This document shows positions 30,406-40,720 of a DNA stretch of 64,000 nt, one piece after another. The stretch spans positions 158,256-222,255 of the forward strand of contig CAVWIP010000011.1 in assembly GCA_963755125.1 (NCBI GenBank), in the 5' to 3' direction. Every line of letters starts with the position of its first letter. The first letter of the stretch is position 1. The position numbers were made by a program, and so were the translations under genes. Under the pieces are notes generated by a model. That model ran no database searches and was not told the origin of the DNA. It saw only the letters and a program-made list of their open reading frames with translations. This DNA is from an uncultured delta proteobacterium. GTDB lineage: Bacteria; Myxococcota_A; Polyangia; Fen-1088.

Positions 30406-32706
30406 ATGGTGAGCGCATCGCGGATCGGTTTCGTATTGGCCGTGGCCGGGATCTGCGGCAGTGGCTGCGGCAACACTGACACCCGCGCCCCCGTGATAGG
30501 GGACAGCGGAGGCCAGCCTCTCGGCCAACCGAATGGCGCCGGCGGCGCCCTGCTCGACGGCGGTGCCGACGCTGCCGCGGCTCGGGAAGCGGGGAGCGCG
30601 GACGCCCCGATGTCCGACGCGAGTGACATCGCTGTGGCCGACGGTGGGGGGCTCGACAATGCGGCCGTCGGCGACGGGGGCGGGTTTGACAGTGGCTACG
30701 GCGATGGCGGCTTGCCAGGGACGGGGCCGGCCGTCTGCAACAGCCAACCCGCGGCAAGCGCCACCATCCTGTTCCAGGTTCCGCGCTCGACCGACCCGCC
30801 TGGCAACACCGATTTCTATCGCCTGCCGTTCCCCAACGACATTCGCAAACGCAACGGCAAGATCAGCCTGCAGGGTCACCCGACGCCCGGAGTGAACCCG
30901 CTGCTGGGCTTCGATATCGTGGATCGCTACATCCAGGCCATCGAGGCCGATTCGACCGGATTCGGCACCAACCAGGCCATCTACCTTCGCTTCTCGCGCG
31001 ATCCCGATTTCAGCACCTTGACGCTGGACGGAGCCGTTGCTCTGGTCGACATCACCGTGGGTTCGCCCGAGTACGGGTACGCCAAGCCGCTCACCTGGGC
31101 CGCCAGCACCGGGCGCACGCCCTATCTGTGCGACCGCTGGATGATGATCCGTCCGCCCTTCGGCCAGCCGCTGCGGCCGGGCACCACCTATGCGCTGATT
31201 CTACGTTCGATCGTGCAAGACACCGACGGCAATGCCTTTGGCCAGGACGACGACTTCGCGGCCATGCTGGCGGCACAGGCCTCGACCGATGCAGATTTGG
31301 CCGCGGCGTGGTCCGCCTACGCGCCTCTGCGCAGCTACCTGGGCGATGCCACTGCCTTCTACAAAATGACGGCCGCTGACCTGGCGGTGGCTGCGGTATT
31401 CACCACCGAGGCGGTGGAACAGCCCCTGGCTGCGATCCAGGCCGCCACCACGGCTGCGCCTGCGCCCGCCCTGAGCCCGCTGGTTCACTGTGGCGATCCC
31501 GGCGCGGTCTCGCCCTGCGACGATGGCCTGACCGGCGCCAACCATGTGCGCGGCTGCTTGCCGGGCCAGCCTGGGGCAGCCAACTTCGACGAGTACCAGG
31601 GCACCGTGTCGCTGCCCGTGTTCCAGCAGGGCACGCCCCCATATCTGCAGCCGGAGGACGGCGGTGGGATCCTGCTCGACGCCAGCGGGAACGTTGCCAT
31701 CGTTGACACCCAGCCGGTGTGCTTCTCCCTCGCGGTGCCCAAGGGCACGGCGCCGACGGCGGGATGGCCACTCGTGGTGTACAGCCACGGCACCGGTGGC
31801 TCATACCTTTCAGCCATCGAGTTGGGGCTGGCCGGCGACTACGCCGTGGGCACGGCCACGGGTGGCGCGGCGGTTCCCATGGCCACGCTGGGCTACGACG
31901 GCGTCCTGCACGGCACGCGCAACGGCGGTTCGAGCGCGTCTCCCGACAGCTTGGTGTACAACTTCTACAACCCGCGCGCCGCACGCGACAACGGCCTGCA
32001 GGCCGCGTCGGATCTGCTGGCCCTGCCGCGTGCCTTCGCTGGTCTGAATACGGCGGCGATCAATCTCGACGGCGGCCACCTCGCCCTGTACGGACAGTCG
32101 CAAGGGGGCAACGCGACCGCGCTGACCGCGGCCCGTGACGCCGGCTATGGCGTCGCGGTGATGAGCGGCACTGGCGGGACTCTCATGCTCTCGTTGCTCG
32201 ACAAGACCCAGCCGACGAATCTGGCGGCCCTGCTGCCGGCCTTGCTGGGCGAGCCGACCGTCGACACGAATGATCCGGTGCTCAACCTGATCCAGATGTA
32301 CTTCGAGCGTTCCGACCCGGTGAACTTCGCTCGGCGCTTGTTCCGTGAGCCCATCACCGGCGCCCGGCGTCGCCATGTGTTGCACGTGTACGGCACGGAC
32401 GACTCCTATGCCCCGGACGAGACCCAGCGGCGCTACGCCCAGGCCGCGGCTTTCCAGGTGGCGCTGCCGCTGGTCGACACCTACCCGAGCATGCCCGAAT
32501 ACAGCATGGTCACCATCACGCCACCGATTTCGGCCAACCAATCGTTTGGCAGCCTGGCGCCCATCACCGCCGCGCAGGCGCAGTACCAGCCCGATGGCAC
32601 CTACGACGGGCACTTCGTTTCCACCAACAATCCCAGCGCGCGCCAGGACATCCAGACCATGCTGGTCACCTTCGTGCGCGAGCCGAACCCGATCATCGAG
32701 CCCTGA
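30406..32706 (+). CDS. Lipoprotein with Ig-like N-terminal region and alpha/beta hydrolase domain
   Basis: Lipobox GSGC; PFPND, PLRPGTTY; WPLVVYSHGTGG; nucleophile elbow GQSQG; late Asp and GH. Confidence 0.8.
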   Translation: MVSASRIGFVLAVAGICGSGCGNTDTRAPVIGDSGGQPLGQPNGAGGALLDGGADAAAAREAGSADAPMSDASDIAVADGGGLDNAAVGDGGGFDSGYGDGGLPGTGPAVCNSQPAASATILFQVPRSTDPPGNTDFYRLPFPNDIRKRNGKISLQGHPTPGVNPLLGFDIVDRYIQAIEADSTGFGTNQAIYLRFSRDPDFSTLTLDGAVALVDITVGSPEYGYAKPLTWAASTGRTPYLCDRWMMIRPPFGQPLRPGTTYALILRSIVQDTDGNAFGQDDDFAAMLAAQASTDADLAAAWSAYAPLRSYLGDATAFYKMTAADLAVAAVFTTEAVEQPLAAIQAATTAAPAPALSPLVHCGDPGAVSPCDDGLTGANHVRGCLPGQPGAANFDEYQGTVSLPVFQQGTPPYLQPEDGGGILLDASGNVAIVDTQPVCFSLAVPKGTAPTAGWPLVVYSHGTGGSYLSAIELGLAGDYAVGTATGGAAVPMATLGYDGVLHGTRNGGSSASPDSLVYNFYNPRAARDNGLQAASDLLALPRAFAGLNTAAINLDGGHLALYGQSQGGNATALTAARDAGYGVAVMSGTGGTLMLSLLDKTQPTNLAALLPALLGEPTVDTNDPVLNLIQMYFERSDPVNFARRLFREPITGARRRHVLHVYGTDDSYAPDETQRRYAQAAAFQVALPLVDTYPSMPEYSMVTITPPISANQSFGSLAPITAAQAQYQPDGTYDGHFVSTNNPSARQDIQTMLVTFVREPNPIIEP

Positions 32707-32772
32707 GCGGGTGGACCAGATCCTGGGAGCGGTCACTCCTGCGTTCTGGTGATACGATAGTCCAGGAGTTGC

Positions 32773-34131
32773 ATGATGCAGATCGAGAAGGGCATCGACA
32801 AGATCGTCAAGACCATCCGGCTTCTGATCCTGGACCAGCCGGGTTACCTAGGTCGCGTGGCCACTGCGGTCGGCAATGCGGGCGGCAACATAACCGACCT
32901 GCACCTGGTGTCCTATGGGTTCGAGTACAACACCCGCGACCTGACCCTGTTCATCGACGACGAGGCACAGCTTCAGGAGGTGCTGGCCGAGGTGGGCAAG
33001 GTCGAGGGCGTGATCATCTCCGAGATCATCGACCCGGTGCTGGAAATGCACCGGGGCGGCAAGATCCAGGTCAAGAGCCGGGTTCCGCTCGACGGGCTCG
33101 CGACCCTGCGCAAGATCTACACGCCCGGGGTGGCCAAGGTGTGCAAGCTGATCGAGCAGACGCCCGATCTGAAGTACGAGTACACCTCGATCGGAAACAC
33201 GGTGGCCATCGTCACCAATGGCACCGCGGTGCTGGGCCTGGGCGACATCGGGCCGGTGGCGGGCATGCCGGTGATGGAGGGCAAGGCGGTCCTCTTCGAT
33301 GCGCTGGCCGGCATCAACGGCGTGCCCATCCTGCTGGCCAGCAAGGATCCCGAGGAGATCATTCGCACCGTCGCTCTCATCGCACCCTCGTTCGGCGCCA
33401 TCAACCTGGAGGACATCAGGGCGCCCGAGTGCTTCGAGATCGAGGGCCGCCTCGACGCGATGTTGGACGTCCCGGTCATGCACGACGACCAGCACGGCAC
33501 CGCCACGGTGGCCCTGGCCGCGCTGCTCAATGCCACGAAGTACGTGGGCAAGCCCTTCCGCAACGACTGCGTCGGCATCGTGGGGCTGGGCGCTGCTGGC
33601 ATCGGCATCGCGAAGCTGCTCGCCGCCTACGGCGTGAGGCGCATGGTGGGAACCGACATCAATCCGCACGCCATGGAGATTTTCGAGAAAGCGGGAGGCG
33701 CCCCCCTGTCGCTCGACGAGGTTATGAAGGCCGCCGACATCGTGATCGGCGTGACCGGGGCGGCCGGCCTGCTCAAACCCTCCATGATCCGCAAGGGCCA
33801 GATCATCCTGGCGCTCTCCAACCCGCGGCCCGAGATTTCACCCGAGGACGCACGCAATGCCGGGGCGGCCTTTGCCGCCGACGGCCGCAGCGTGAACAAC
33901 GGCCTGGCTTTCCCAGGCATTTTCCGCGGCGCCCTCGACGCGCGCGCCCGGTCGATCTGCAATCGCATGAAGATCGCCGCCGCCCGCACCATCGCGTCGT
34001 CCGCCGCCACTGGCGAGCTGGTACCGTCGATGCTCAACCGGGACATGCACAAGGCGGTGGCCCAAGCCGTGGAACGCGCCGCTTTGGAGGCTGGCGTGGC
34101 TCGCGCCCGCAGCGCAGACGTGCCCGAGTAG
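32773..34131 (+). CDS. NAD(P)-dependent malic enzyme with N-terminal ACT domain
   Basis: YTPGVA, TNGTAVLGLGDIG, PVMEGK, INLEDI, HDDQHGTA, GLGAAG, ALSNP. Confidence 0.93.
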   Translation: MMQIEKGIDKIVKTIRLLILDQPGYLGRVATAVGNAGGNITDLHLVSYGFEYNTRDLTLFIDDEAQLQEVLAEVGKVEGVIISEIIDPVLEMHRGGKIQVKSRVPLDGLATLRKIYTPGVAKVCKLIEQTPDLKYEYTSIGNTVAIVTNGTAVLGLGDIGPVAGMPVMEGKAVLFDALAGINGVPILLASKDPEEIIRTVALIAPSFGAINLEDIRAPECFEIEGRLDAMLDVPVMHDDQHGTATVALAALLNATKYVGKPFRNDCVGIVGLGAAGIGIAKLLAAYGVRRMVGTDINPHAMEIFEKAGGAPLSLDEVMKAADIVIGVTGAAGLLKPSMIRKGQIILALSNPRPEISPEDARNAGAAFAADGRSVNNGLAFPGIFRGALDARARSICNRMKIAAARTIASSAATGELVPSMLNRDMHKAVAQAVERAALEAGVARARSADVPE

Positions 34132-34136
34132 AGAAG

Positions 34137-34727
34137 ATGACCGATCAACCCAAGAGCAAGGAAGATTCCCCCGGTGTCGCGGACGCCAAGCCGGCTGGTC
34201 CAGGCATGGAGTGGAACGGCAAGATGGTCACCAATCCTGCGGAGCTGCCGCCCGAGTTGCGGCCGCTGCTCGAGAATGCGAACCACAATGGCATTCCCGA
34301 TCTCTACGAGCAGGGTGTGACTCGGCCGATCATCGTCAATGGCAAGCTGTACCGCTCGGTCGAGGATGTGCCCGAGCCCTTCCGGGCCGACGTGGAGAAG
34401 GCGCTGGCGGCGCGCCGGGCTGGAGTCACACCGGCGCCCTCCGTCGAGATCAGCCGGAGTTTCACCATCAATGGCCAGCACTATGCCAGCCTTGACGAGG
34501 TTCCCGCCGAGCAGCGCGATCTCATCCGTCAGGCGATGTCCAAGATGATCGGCGAGAAGCCAAACCCGCCACAACCAGGGCGCGCGGCCTCGAACGATAT
34601 GGAGTTTCCCTGGACGGTGCCTGAGAGCCGGCCGACCAGCGCGGACAAGCCGCGCACCAACATTGTCCCCTGGGTGATCCTCGCGGCCGCGGCCGGTGCG
34701 GGCCTGACCTACCTGCTTACGCGCTGA
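34137..34727 (+). CDS. Hypothetical protein with three internal repeats and C-terminal membrane anchor
   Basis: Three NG-containing ~25 aa repeats; C-terminal hydrophobic helix. Confidence 0.7.
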   Translation: MTDQPKSKEDSPGVADAKPAGPGMEWNGKMVTNPAELPPELRPLLENANHNGIPDLYEQGVTRPIIVNGKLYRSVEDVPEPFRADVEKALAARRAGVTPAPSVEISRSFTINGQHYASLDEVPAEQRDLIRQAMSKMIGEKPNPPQPGRAASNDMEFPWTVPESRPTSADKPRTNIVPWVILAAAAGAGLTYLLTR

Positions 34728-34759
34728 GTGGCGTCAGCCCGCGAGAACCCTGCCAGCAC

Positions 34760-35299
34760 TCACTTCTTCTTCTGGTAGGTGCCAACCAGTTCGGCTTGCG
34801 CCAGCACATGCCCGCGCGTGGCCTTCTCCACCTGCGCCTTGGTCGGCCGCGCAAGATCCGGCAGCATGGTGTCGAGCGCGTACAGTTTGAAAAAATAGCG
34901 GTGGCGGCCGATGGGCGGACAGGGACCACCCCAGCCCGTGCGCTTCCAGTCGTTGATGCCGTCCAATGAACCAGCCGGCAAAGTTCCCCCGGCGGCCACC
35001 GCACGCGCAGAAGCTGGCAGGTTGTAGGCTACCCAGTGTACCCAGGTCATCTTGGGTGCCGCCGGATCGGGTGCGTCGGGGTCGTCGACGATCAGGACGA
35101 AACTCTTGCTCGCCGCAGGCACGTCGGTCCACGCGAGAGCGGGTGCGCGGTCAGCCCCCTGGCAGGTGTGAACCACGGGGATCTCCCCGTTGGCAGAAAA
35201 ATCAGGTGAAGTCAGATGCATGGCACGACCTCCCGGAGCGGCAGCAGCCGCGAACGCGAAGAACGACGAAGCAAAGAATGAGGACCACCACCTCATCAT
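34760..35299 (-). CDS. YbhB/YbcL family (PEBP/Raf kinase inhibitor-like) protein
   Basis: DDPDAP, WVHW, GGPCPPIGRHRYFFKLYALD. Confidence 0.92.
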   Translation of the reverse strand: MMRWWSSFFASSFFAFAAAAAPGGRAMHLTSPDFSANGEIPVVHTCQGADRAPALAWTDVPAASKSFVLIVDDPDAPDPAAPKMTWVHWVAYNLPASARAVAAGGTLPAGSLDGINDWKRTGWGGPCPPIGRHRYFFKLYALDTMLPDLARPTKAQVEKATRGHVLAQAELVGTYQKKK

Positions 35300-35582
35300 G
35301 AATTGACCCGCAACAAGAATACCGCAATCCGCGGAGGACGAGACCGCGCATTTGCAAAAACGTCACTTGTGGCGCTTCTGATCTCGATTCAATCATCTTT
35401 CCGCTCTCGCGCCACGACATTCTGGGCAGCGGCCCAATGCGGCGCTTCGTGCGTTGCCTTGGTAGCGGGCCGCTGGCAACCGCGCGATGGCTTCCCCACG
35501 GAACACGCACGCATCACCTCGGCCCGCAGCGAATTCGCTGGTCCGAACTGTGGTCGGGAGTTGGCTGTATGCGGTCCCGGTA

Positions 35583-36293
35583 TCAGCCGGACGATTGGAA
35601 CGCGGCGAGCAGGCGGCGGGCCAGGACGGGTGCCTCCGCGGTCTCGTGCTTGACGAAGACGTAGGCCTCGTTCCAGGGCTGCCCGGCGATGCGCTCGGCC
35701 CAGGCGTCGAGCGCCGCCGGCGTGTAGTCCTCCCGGCGCAGGCGCAGATAGCCCCAGGAGGCGGTAGCCCGCAACGGCGTCTCCAGCTTTTCCGCCTCGG
35801 CGATGCACAGGGCGGCCCCGGCGGCTTGCAGAATTGTGTAGACGTCGTCGGAGAACCACGAGGCGTGACGGAACTCGAAGGCCGGACGAATTCCTTGCCA
35901 AACTTGTGCCAGTACGGTCAGGAAGGCCTGCAGCCGTTCCAGATCCTTGTGCAGCCAGGGCGGCAACTGGAACAGCACTGGGCCCAACTTGCTGCCCAAG
36001 CTGGCTGCACCACTGGCGAAGCGTTCCACTGCGCTCTGTGCGTCGTGCAAACGAAGTTCGTGAGTGATGCGTCGACTGCACTTGAGCGCAAAGACGAAGT
36101 CGGCGGGTGTGGCGGCAGACCAGCGTTCGAGCAGCGTGGGGGTCGGCATGCGGTAGAAGGTGTTGTTGATCTCCACCGTCGGGAGTTGCTGCGCGTAGAA
36201 GGCCAGCATGTCGGCCGCCGGAAGCTTCGCCGGATAGAACGAGCCACGCCAGGGAGCGTAGCTGAAACCGCTCGTCCCGACCCACACCCGCAT
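35583..36293 (-). CDS. DUF72 domain-containing protein
   Basis: VGTSGFSY, VEINNTFYR, LFQLPP, EFRHASW, YLRLR. Confidence 0.92.
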   Translation of the reverse strand: MRVWVGTSGFSYAPWRGSFYPAKLPAADMLAFYAQQLPTVEINNTFYRMPTPTLLERWSAATPADFVFALKCSRRITHELRLHDAQSAVERFASGAASLGSKLGPVLFQLPPWLHKDLERLQAFLTVLAQVWQGIRPAFEFRHASWFSDDVYTILQAAGAALCIAEAEKLETPLRATASWGYLRLRREDYTPAALDAWAERIAGQPWNEAYVFVKHETAEAPVLARRLLAAFQSSG

Positions 36294-36308
36294 CGCTGTT
36301 CTCCGCAG

Positions 36309-37196
36309 TCAGCCTCGTGAGGCGCGCGCCTTGGGCCGCGCATGGTGTGGCGGTGCGGATTGGGCTGCCTTGCGCTCAAGCTCGCGCGTGCCAGTCGGCG
36401 CCGGCTGGCCGCGCGTCGCCAGGCTGGCCTTGAGCGCCTCCATCAAGTCGATGATCTGCGCGGGTTGCTCGGACGCGGCCGACACGGCGACCTCGTGGCC
36501 CGCCACCTTGCGCTCGATCTCGGCCTGCATGCGCTCGCGCACGTCGTTGCGATACGCCGCCGGATCGAAGCTGTCGGACGCAATCTGTTCCACCACCTGA
36601 CTGGCCAGCTTCAGTTCGGCCTCGCTCGCCTGTCCCTCGGGTATCGGCACCTCCGCCAAGGGGCGGACCTCGTCGGCGTAGAGCAGTTGCTGCATGACCA
36701 GCCCGCTGGTACCCGGGTGCACGCCCGCAACCGGTCGCAACATCACCAGGTACAGCCGGTCGTGGGCGGCGTAGCGGGCAATGGCGGCGCGCCCACTCTG
36801 GCGCATCACCTCGACCAGGAGATGGTAGGCCTTCTCGCCGCCCTTGTCGGGCGCCAGGTAATAGGGACGATCGAAGTAGATCGGATCGACCTTGTCCGCA
36901 GGCACGAACTGCGCAATGGCAATGGCCTGGGTCGCCTTTTCCTCCATGGCCTTGAGTTCTTCGGTGGTGAAGGTCACGTACTGGTCCTTGGCGAACTCGT
37001 AGCCCTTGACCATTTCCTCACGCGGCACCACCTGGCCGTCCTTGGCGCACAGGTATTGTTGGTGCAGGCGCGAGCCGTCCTTGCCGTGTAACAAGTGAAA
37101 CGAAATTCCCGCCGACGGCTGCGTCGCCGAATACAGTTTCACCGGTATCGACACCAACCCAAACGAGATGGTTGCACCCGCCATTGCCCGCGCCAT
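36309..37196 (-). CDS. ku: Non-homologous end joining protein Ku
   Basis: ISFGLVSIPVKLYSA, VKGYE, IYFDRPYYLAP, IIDLMEALKASL. Confidence 0.95.
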   Translation of the reverse strand: MARAMAGATISFGLVSIPVKLYSATQPSAGISFHLLHGKDGSRLHQQYLCAKDGQVVPREEMVKGYEFAKDQYVTFTTEELKAMEEKATQAIAIAQFVPADKVDPIYFDRPYYLAPDKGGEKAYHLLVEVMRQSGRAAIARYAAHDRLYLVMLRPVAGVHPGTSGLVMQQLLYADEVRPLAEVPIPEGQASEAELKLASQVVEQIASDSFDPAAYRNDVRERMQAEIERKVAGHEVAVSAASEQPAQIIDLMEALKASLATRGQPAPTGTRELERKAAQSAPPHHARPKARASRG

Positions 37197-37262
37197 GATC
37201 CAAGCGTAGCGCACAAAACGCTTGCGGCGAGGTGCGCGCAACGTTTGCGCAAAAGGGTTCTT

Positions 37263-39743
37263 TTGCTTCTCCGGGATTATCGCGCCAAGCGTTCGGCGGG
37301 CCAAACCAATGAGCCGTTTGGCGGCGGGTCCGGTCCGGGAAGGCTGTTCGTTGTGCACAAGCACGCCGCGCGCCGCTTGCACTACGATCTTCGATTGGAA
37401 ATGGACGGCGTGCTGCGCTCGTGGGCGGTGCCCAAGGTGCCCAGCTTCGACCCGGCGGAAAAGCGTCTGGCGGTGCAAGTGGAAGACCACCCCATCGAGT
37501 ACGGAGCGTTTGAAGGCGTGATTCCTGCCGGCAACTACGGCGCCGGCCCCACCATTGTATGGGATCGCGGCACTTGGACGCCGCTTCAGGATGTCGAGCA
37601 GGGACTGGTCAAGGGCAAGCTGCGCTTCACGTTTGCCGGATACAAGCTGCGCGGGGCATGGTCGCTGGTGCGTCTGGCGAAGAGTCAAAAGGACTGGCTG
37701 CTCATCAAGGAACGCGATGCCTACGTTGTCCGCGGCGAAAGTAGCCTGGCCGAGGCCTCGGTGCTGTCCGGCCTGACCATCGAGGAACTGCGCGACGGCT
37801 CGCCCCGCTGGGCCGAGGTGCGCGCGCAGGTCGACGAACTGCCGCCTTCCGCGCTGCGAGCCGAGCAGGTTGAGTTGATGCTGGCCGAGACCCGGCCGCA
37901 GCCCTTTTCCGAGCCAGGCTGGCTATTCGAGATCAAGTACGACGGCTTTCGCGCCCTGGCCGCGCACGAGGGCGGGCGAGGAAAATTGCTCTACCGGCAC
38001 GGCAGCGATGTTACTGCACTCTATCCCGACTTGGCGGCGGCCCTGGCCGCGTTGCCGGCGGATGTGGTGTTGGATGCCGAGATCACGGTGTGCGACGAAC
38101 AGGGACGGCCGAGCTTCGAGCGCCTGCAGCAACGAGCGCTGCTCACCCGGCAACCCGACATCGAGCGCGCGGCCTTGAGCCTGCCTGCCAGTCTGTTCGT
38201 CTTCGACTTGCTTGGTTTCGAGGACCGCGATCTGCGCTCACTGCCGCTTTCCAAGCGCAAGGCGCTGCTCAGCCGCCTGCTGCCGGCGCTGGGACCGCTG
38301 CACTACGTGGACCATATCGAAACCCGCGGGCAAGAGATGTTCGAGGAGATCGCGCGGCTGGGCCTGGAGGGCGTGATGGCCAAGCGGGCCGAGTCGCCCT
38401 ATCGCGCCGGTCGTTCGCCCGACTGGCTGAAGATCCGGCGCGACCGCAGCGCAGATTTTGTGGTGGTAGGCTACACCGCGCCTCGCGGTCTGCGCAGCGG
38501 CCTGGGCGCCCTGCACCTGGCAGCGCAGGAATCGGGTGCACTGGTCTACATGGGACGCGTGGGCAGCGGCCTCGGCGAAAAGGATCTGGCCGGCCTGCCA
38601 ATTGAGCTGCACGACGACGTGCAGCCCGAGCCTCCGTGCGGCGGACCCGTGCCGCGCGGCCGCGAGCACACCTGGGTCAGGCCGCGCCTGGTGTGCGAGG
38701 TGCGCTACAAGGAGATCACCAGCGACGGATTTCTGCGCCAGCCGATCTTCCTGCGTTGGCGCACCGACAAGCGACCGGAGGAATGTGTCCGCCCGGCGGC
38801 GCCGGCCGAACCGCCGCTTGCCAAGCCGGACGTCGAGAGACGGGTTGCCTTTAGCAATCTGACGAAAGTCTTCTGGCCCGCCCAGGGATTCACCAAGGGC
38901 GATCTGATTGACTACTACCGCGCCATTGCGCCGTGGCTGTTGCCCTACCTGCGCGACCGGCCTTTGGTGCTGACCCGCTATCCCGAGGGCATTGCCGGGC
39001 CGTCGTTCTTCCAGAAGGACGCGCCCACCTGGTCGCCCGAGTGGGTGCGCCGGGTGCGTATCTGGAGCGACGAGCGCCAGGACGAGCTGGAGTATTTTCT
39101 GTGCGACGACGTGGAATCGATTCTGTACCTGGCCAACCTGGGCAGCATTCCGCTGCACGTGTGGGCGAGCCGGGTGGGCTCTCTGGAACGGCCCGACTGG
39201 TGCGTCCTGGATCTCGATCCCAAAAACGCGCTTTTTGCCCATGTGGTGCAACTGGCCCGCGCCATCCACCAACTGTGCCAGCGTATCGACCTGCCCTGCT
39301 TTGCCAAGACCAGCGGCGGCAGCGGACTGCACGTTCTCATTCCCCTGGCCGGCCAGCTCACCCACGCCGAGTCGCGCACCCTGGCGCAACTGCTCGGCCA
39401 GGTCATGGTTCGCGACCATCCCGATCTCGCCACCCTGACCCGCGCCGTCGCCCAGCGGGCCGGCCGCGTGTACCTGGACTGCCTGCAAAACGGCCACGGC
39501 AAGACCATTGCCGGCCCATTCAGCGCCCGCGCAGTTCCCGGCGCCTGCGTGTCCATGCCCCTGCGCTGGTCCGAGGTGAACGCCCACCTCGATCCCGCGG
39601 CCTTCACCATCAAGACCGCGCCCGCCCGCATGAAGCGGCTGCGCAAAGATCCGCTGGCTCCGGTGCTGCAATTGCGCCCGGATTTGCCGCGCGCTTTGGG
39701 ACTGCTGGAGGGGGAAGTGGGGACGCGATCGGTGTTGGAATGA
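37263..39743 (+). CDS. ligD: DNA ligase D (phosphoesterase-ligase-polymerase domain order)
   Basis: HAARRLHYDLRLE (PE); EIKYDGFR, EGVMAK (ligase); RYPEG, FFQK, DLDP, KTSGGSGLH (polymerase). TTG start inferred. Confidence 0.95.
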   Translation: MLLRDYRAKRSAGQTNEPFGGGSGPGRLFVVHKHAARRLHYDLRLEMDGVLRSWAVPKVPSFDPAEKRLAVQVEDHPIEYGAFEGVIPAGNYGAGPTIVWDRGTWTPLQDVEQGLVKGKLRFTFAGYKLRGAWSLVRLAKSQKDWLLIKERDAYVVRGESSLAEASVLSGLTIEELRDGSPRWAEVRAQVDELPPSALRAEQVELMLAETRPQPFSEPGWLFEIKYDGFRALAAHEGGRGKLLYRHGSDVTALYPDLAAALAALPADVVLDAEITVCDEQGRPSFERLQQRALLTRQPDIERAALSLPASLFVFDLLGFEDRDLRSLPLSKRKALLSRLLPALGPLHYVDHIETRGQEMFEEIARLGLEGVMAKRAESPYRAGRSPDWLKIRRDRSADFVVVGYTAPRGLRSGLGALHLAAQESGALVYMGRVGSGLGEKDLAGLPIELHDDVQPEPPCGGPVPRGREHTWVRPRLVCEVRYKEITSDGFLRQPIFLRWRTDKRPEECVRPAAPAEPPLAKPDVERRVAFSNLTKVFWPAQGFTKGDLIDYYRAIAPWLLPYLRDRPLVLTRYPEGIAGPSFFQKDAPTWSPEWVRRVRIWSDERQDELEYFLCDDVESILYLANLGSIPLHVWASRVGSLERPDWCVLDLDPKNALFAHVVQLARAIHQLCQRIDLPCFAKTSGGSGLHVLIPLAGQLTHAESRTLAQLLGQVMVRDHPDLATLTRAVAQRAGRVYLDCLQNGHGKTIAGPFSARAVPGACVSMPLRWSEVNAHLDPAAFTIKTAPARMKRLRKDPLAPVLQLRPDLPRALGLLEGEVGTRSVLE

Positions 39744-39830
39744 AGATGGCTCTCATCTGGCGATGCGGATGACCACCTTGCCGACGGTACCGCCGGCTTC
39801 CAGGGCTGTGTAGGCCTGGACAGCTTCTTA

Positions 39831-40716
39831 GAGCGAGCCGTCATGACCTGTGGAGTTCCCGCGTAGCTGCCTGAACAGTGATAATCGCACACGCCAGGTG
39901 GACGAGGGCGCCGTAATGCTCGGCTTTTCGCTCCCATCGTATTCGCAGGCCGCGAAAGTTGTTGTGCCAACTGTTGGTACGTTCAACGACCCAGCGTCGC
40001 GGTTTGCCACGAACGCAACCAACAAGCGGCGGCTCGCCCCGTCGGCGAATGTGCGGCTTCACACCGCGCTCACGTGCCTCTTGCTCGCAATCGTCGTAGT
40101 CGTAGCCCTTGTCCAGGCAAATGTGCTCGGGCCGCCGTGGCCCGCGTGATCCGTAGATGAGTGCCGCATCGAGTGTGGCGCCGACCATCCACTTGTCGTG
40201 AATGTTCGCGCCGGTCAGCGTGACCGCGAGGGGAATCCCGCGCCCGTCGGTCAGAACGTGGCGCTTGCTGCCGAGTTTTCCGCGATCAGTGGGATTGGGA
40301 CCCGTGAGGTCCCCCCTTTTGGCGCCTTCACCGAGGCGCTGTCGAGTGACGCCCACTCCAGGTCGAGGCCGCATTTCTCGTGGTAGTAGTACAGCGCCTC
40401 GGCGTGGATCTTCTCGAAAACCTCGGCGTTGGTCCACTCGACGAAGCGTCGGTAGCACGTGCTGCCGCTTCCGAACTCGCGCGGGATGGCATCCCACTGG
40501 CAGCCAGTTCTGAGGCGATAGACAATTCCCGCGAAGGCCTTTCTGTTGTCCAAGCGACGGGGTCCACCGCGCGGGCTGCGTCGCCACGGCGGAATCCACT
40601 GTTTCACCCGATCCCACAGCTCGTCGGGCACATCGGAATAGTCGGCTTGCATGGTCCAGTAGACATCACGTCTTCAAAGCCCCCGCAAATTTTCCACAAG
40701 TCATGACGGCTCGCTC
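39831..40716 (-). mobile_element. IS5-family insertion sequence, copy 1 (886 bp)
   Basis: Terminal IRs GAGCGAGCCGTCATGACYTGTGG (22/23); TTA duplication at 39828-39830 and 40717-40719. Confidence 0.93.
39841..40652 (-). CDS. IS5-family transposase in two frames joined by a -1 frameshift
   Basis: LRTGCQW, LDS, DKGYD, RWVVERT; slippery AAAAGGGGGG at 40311-40320. Confidence 0.9.
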
Positions 40717-40720
40717 TTAG

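Noticed and set aside
32769..34727. 652-aa ORF overlapping the malic enzyme
   Set aside because: Only the part from ATG 34137 looks coding; the rest is an off-frame shadow.
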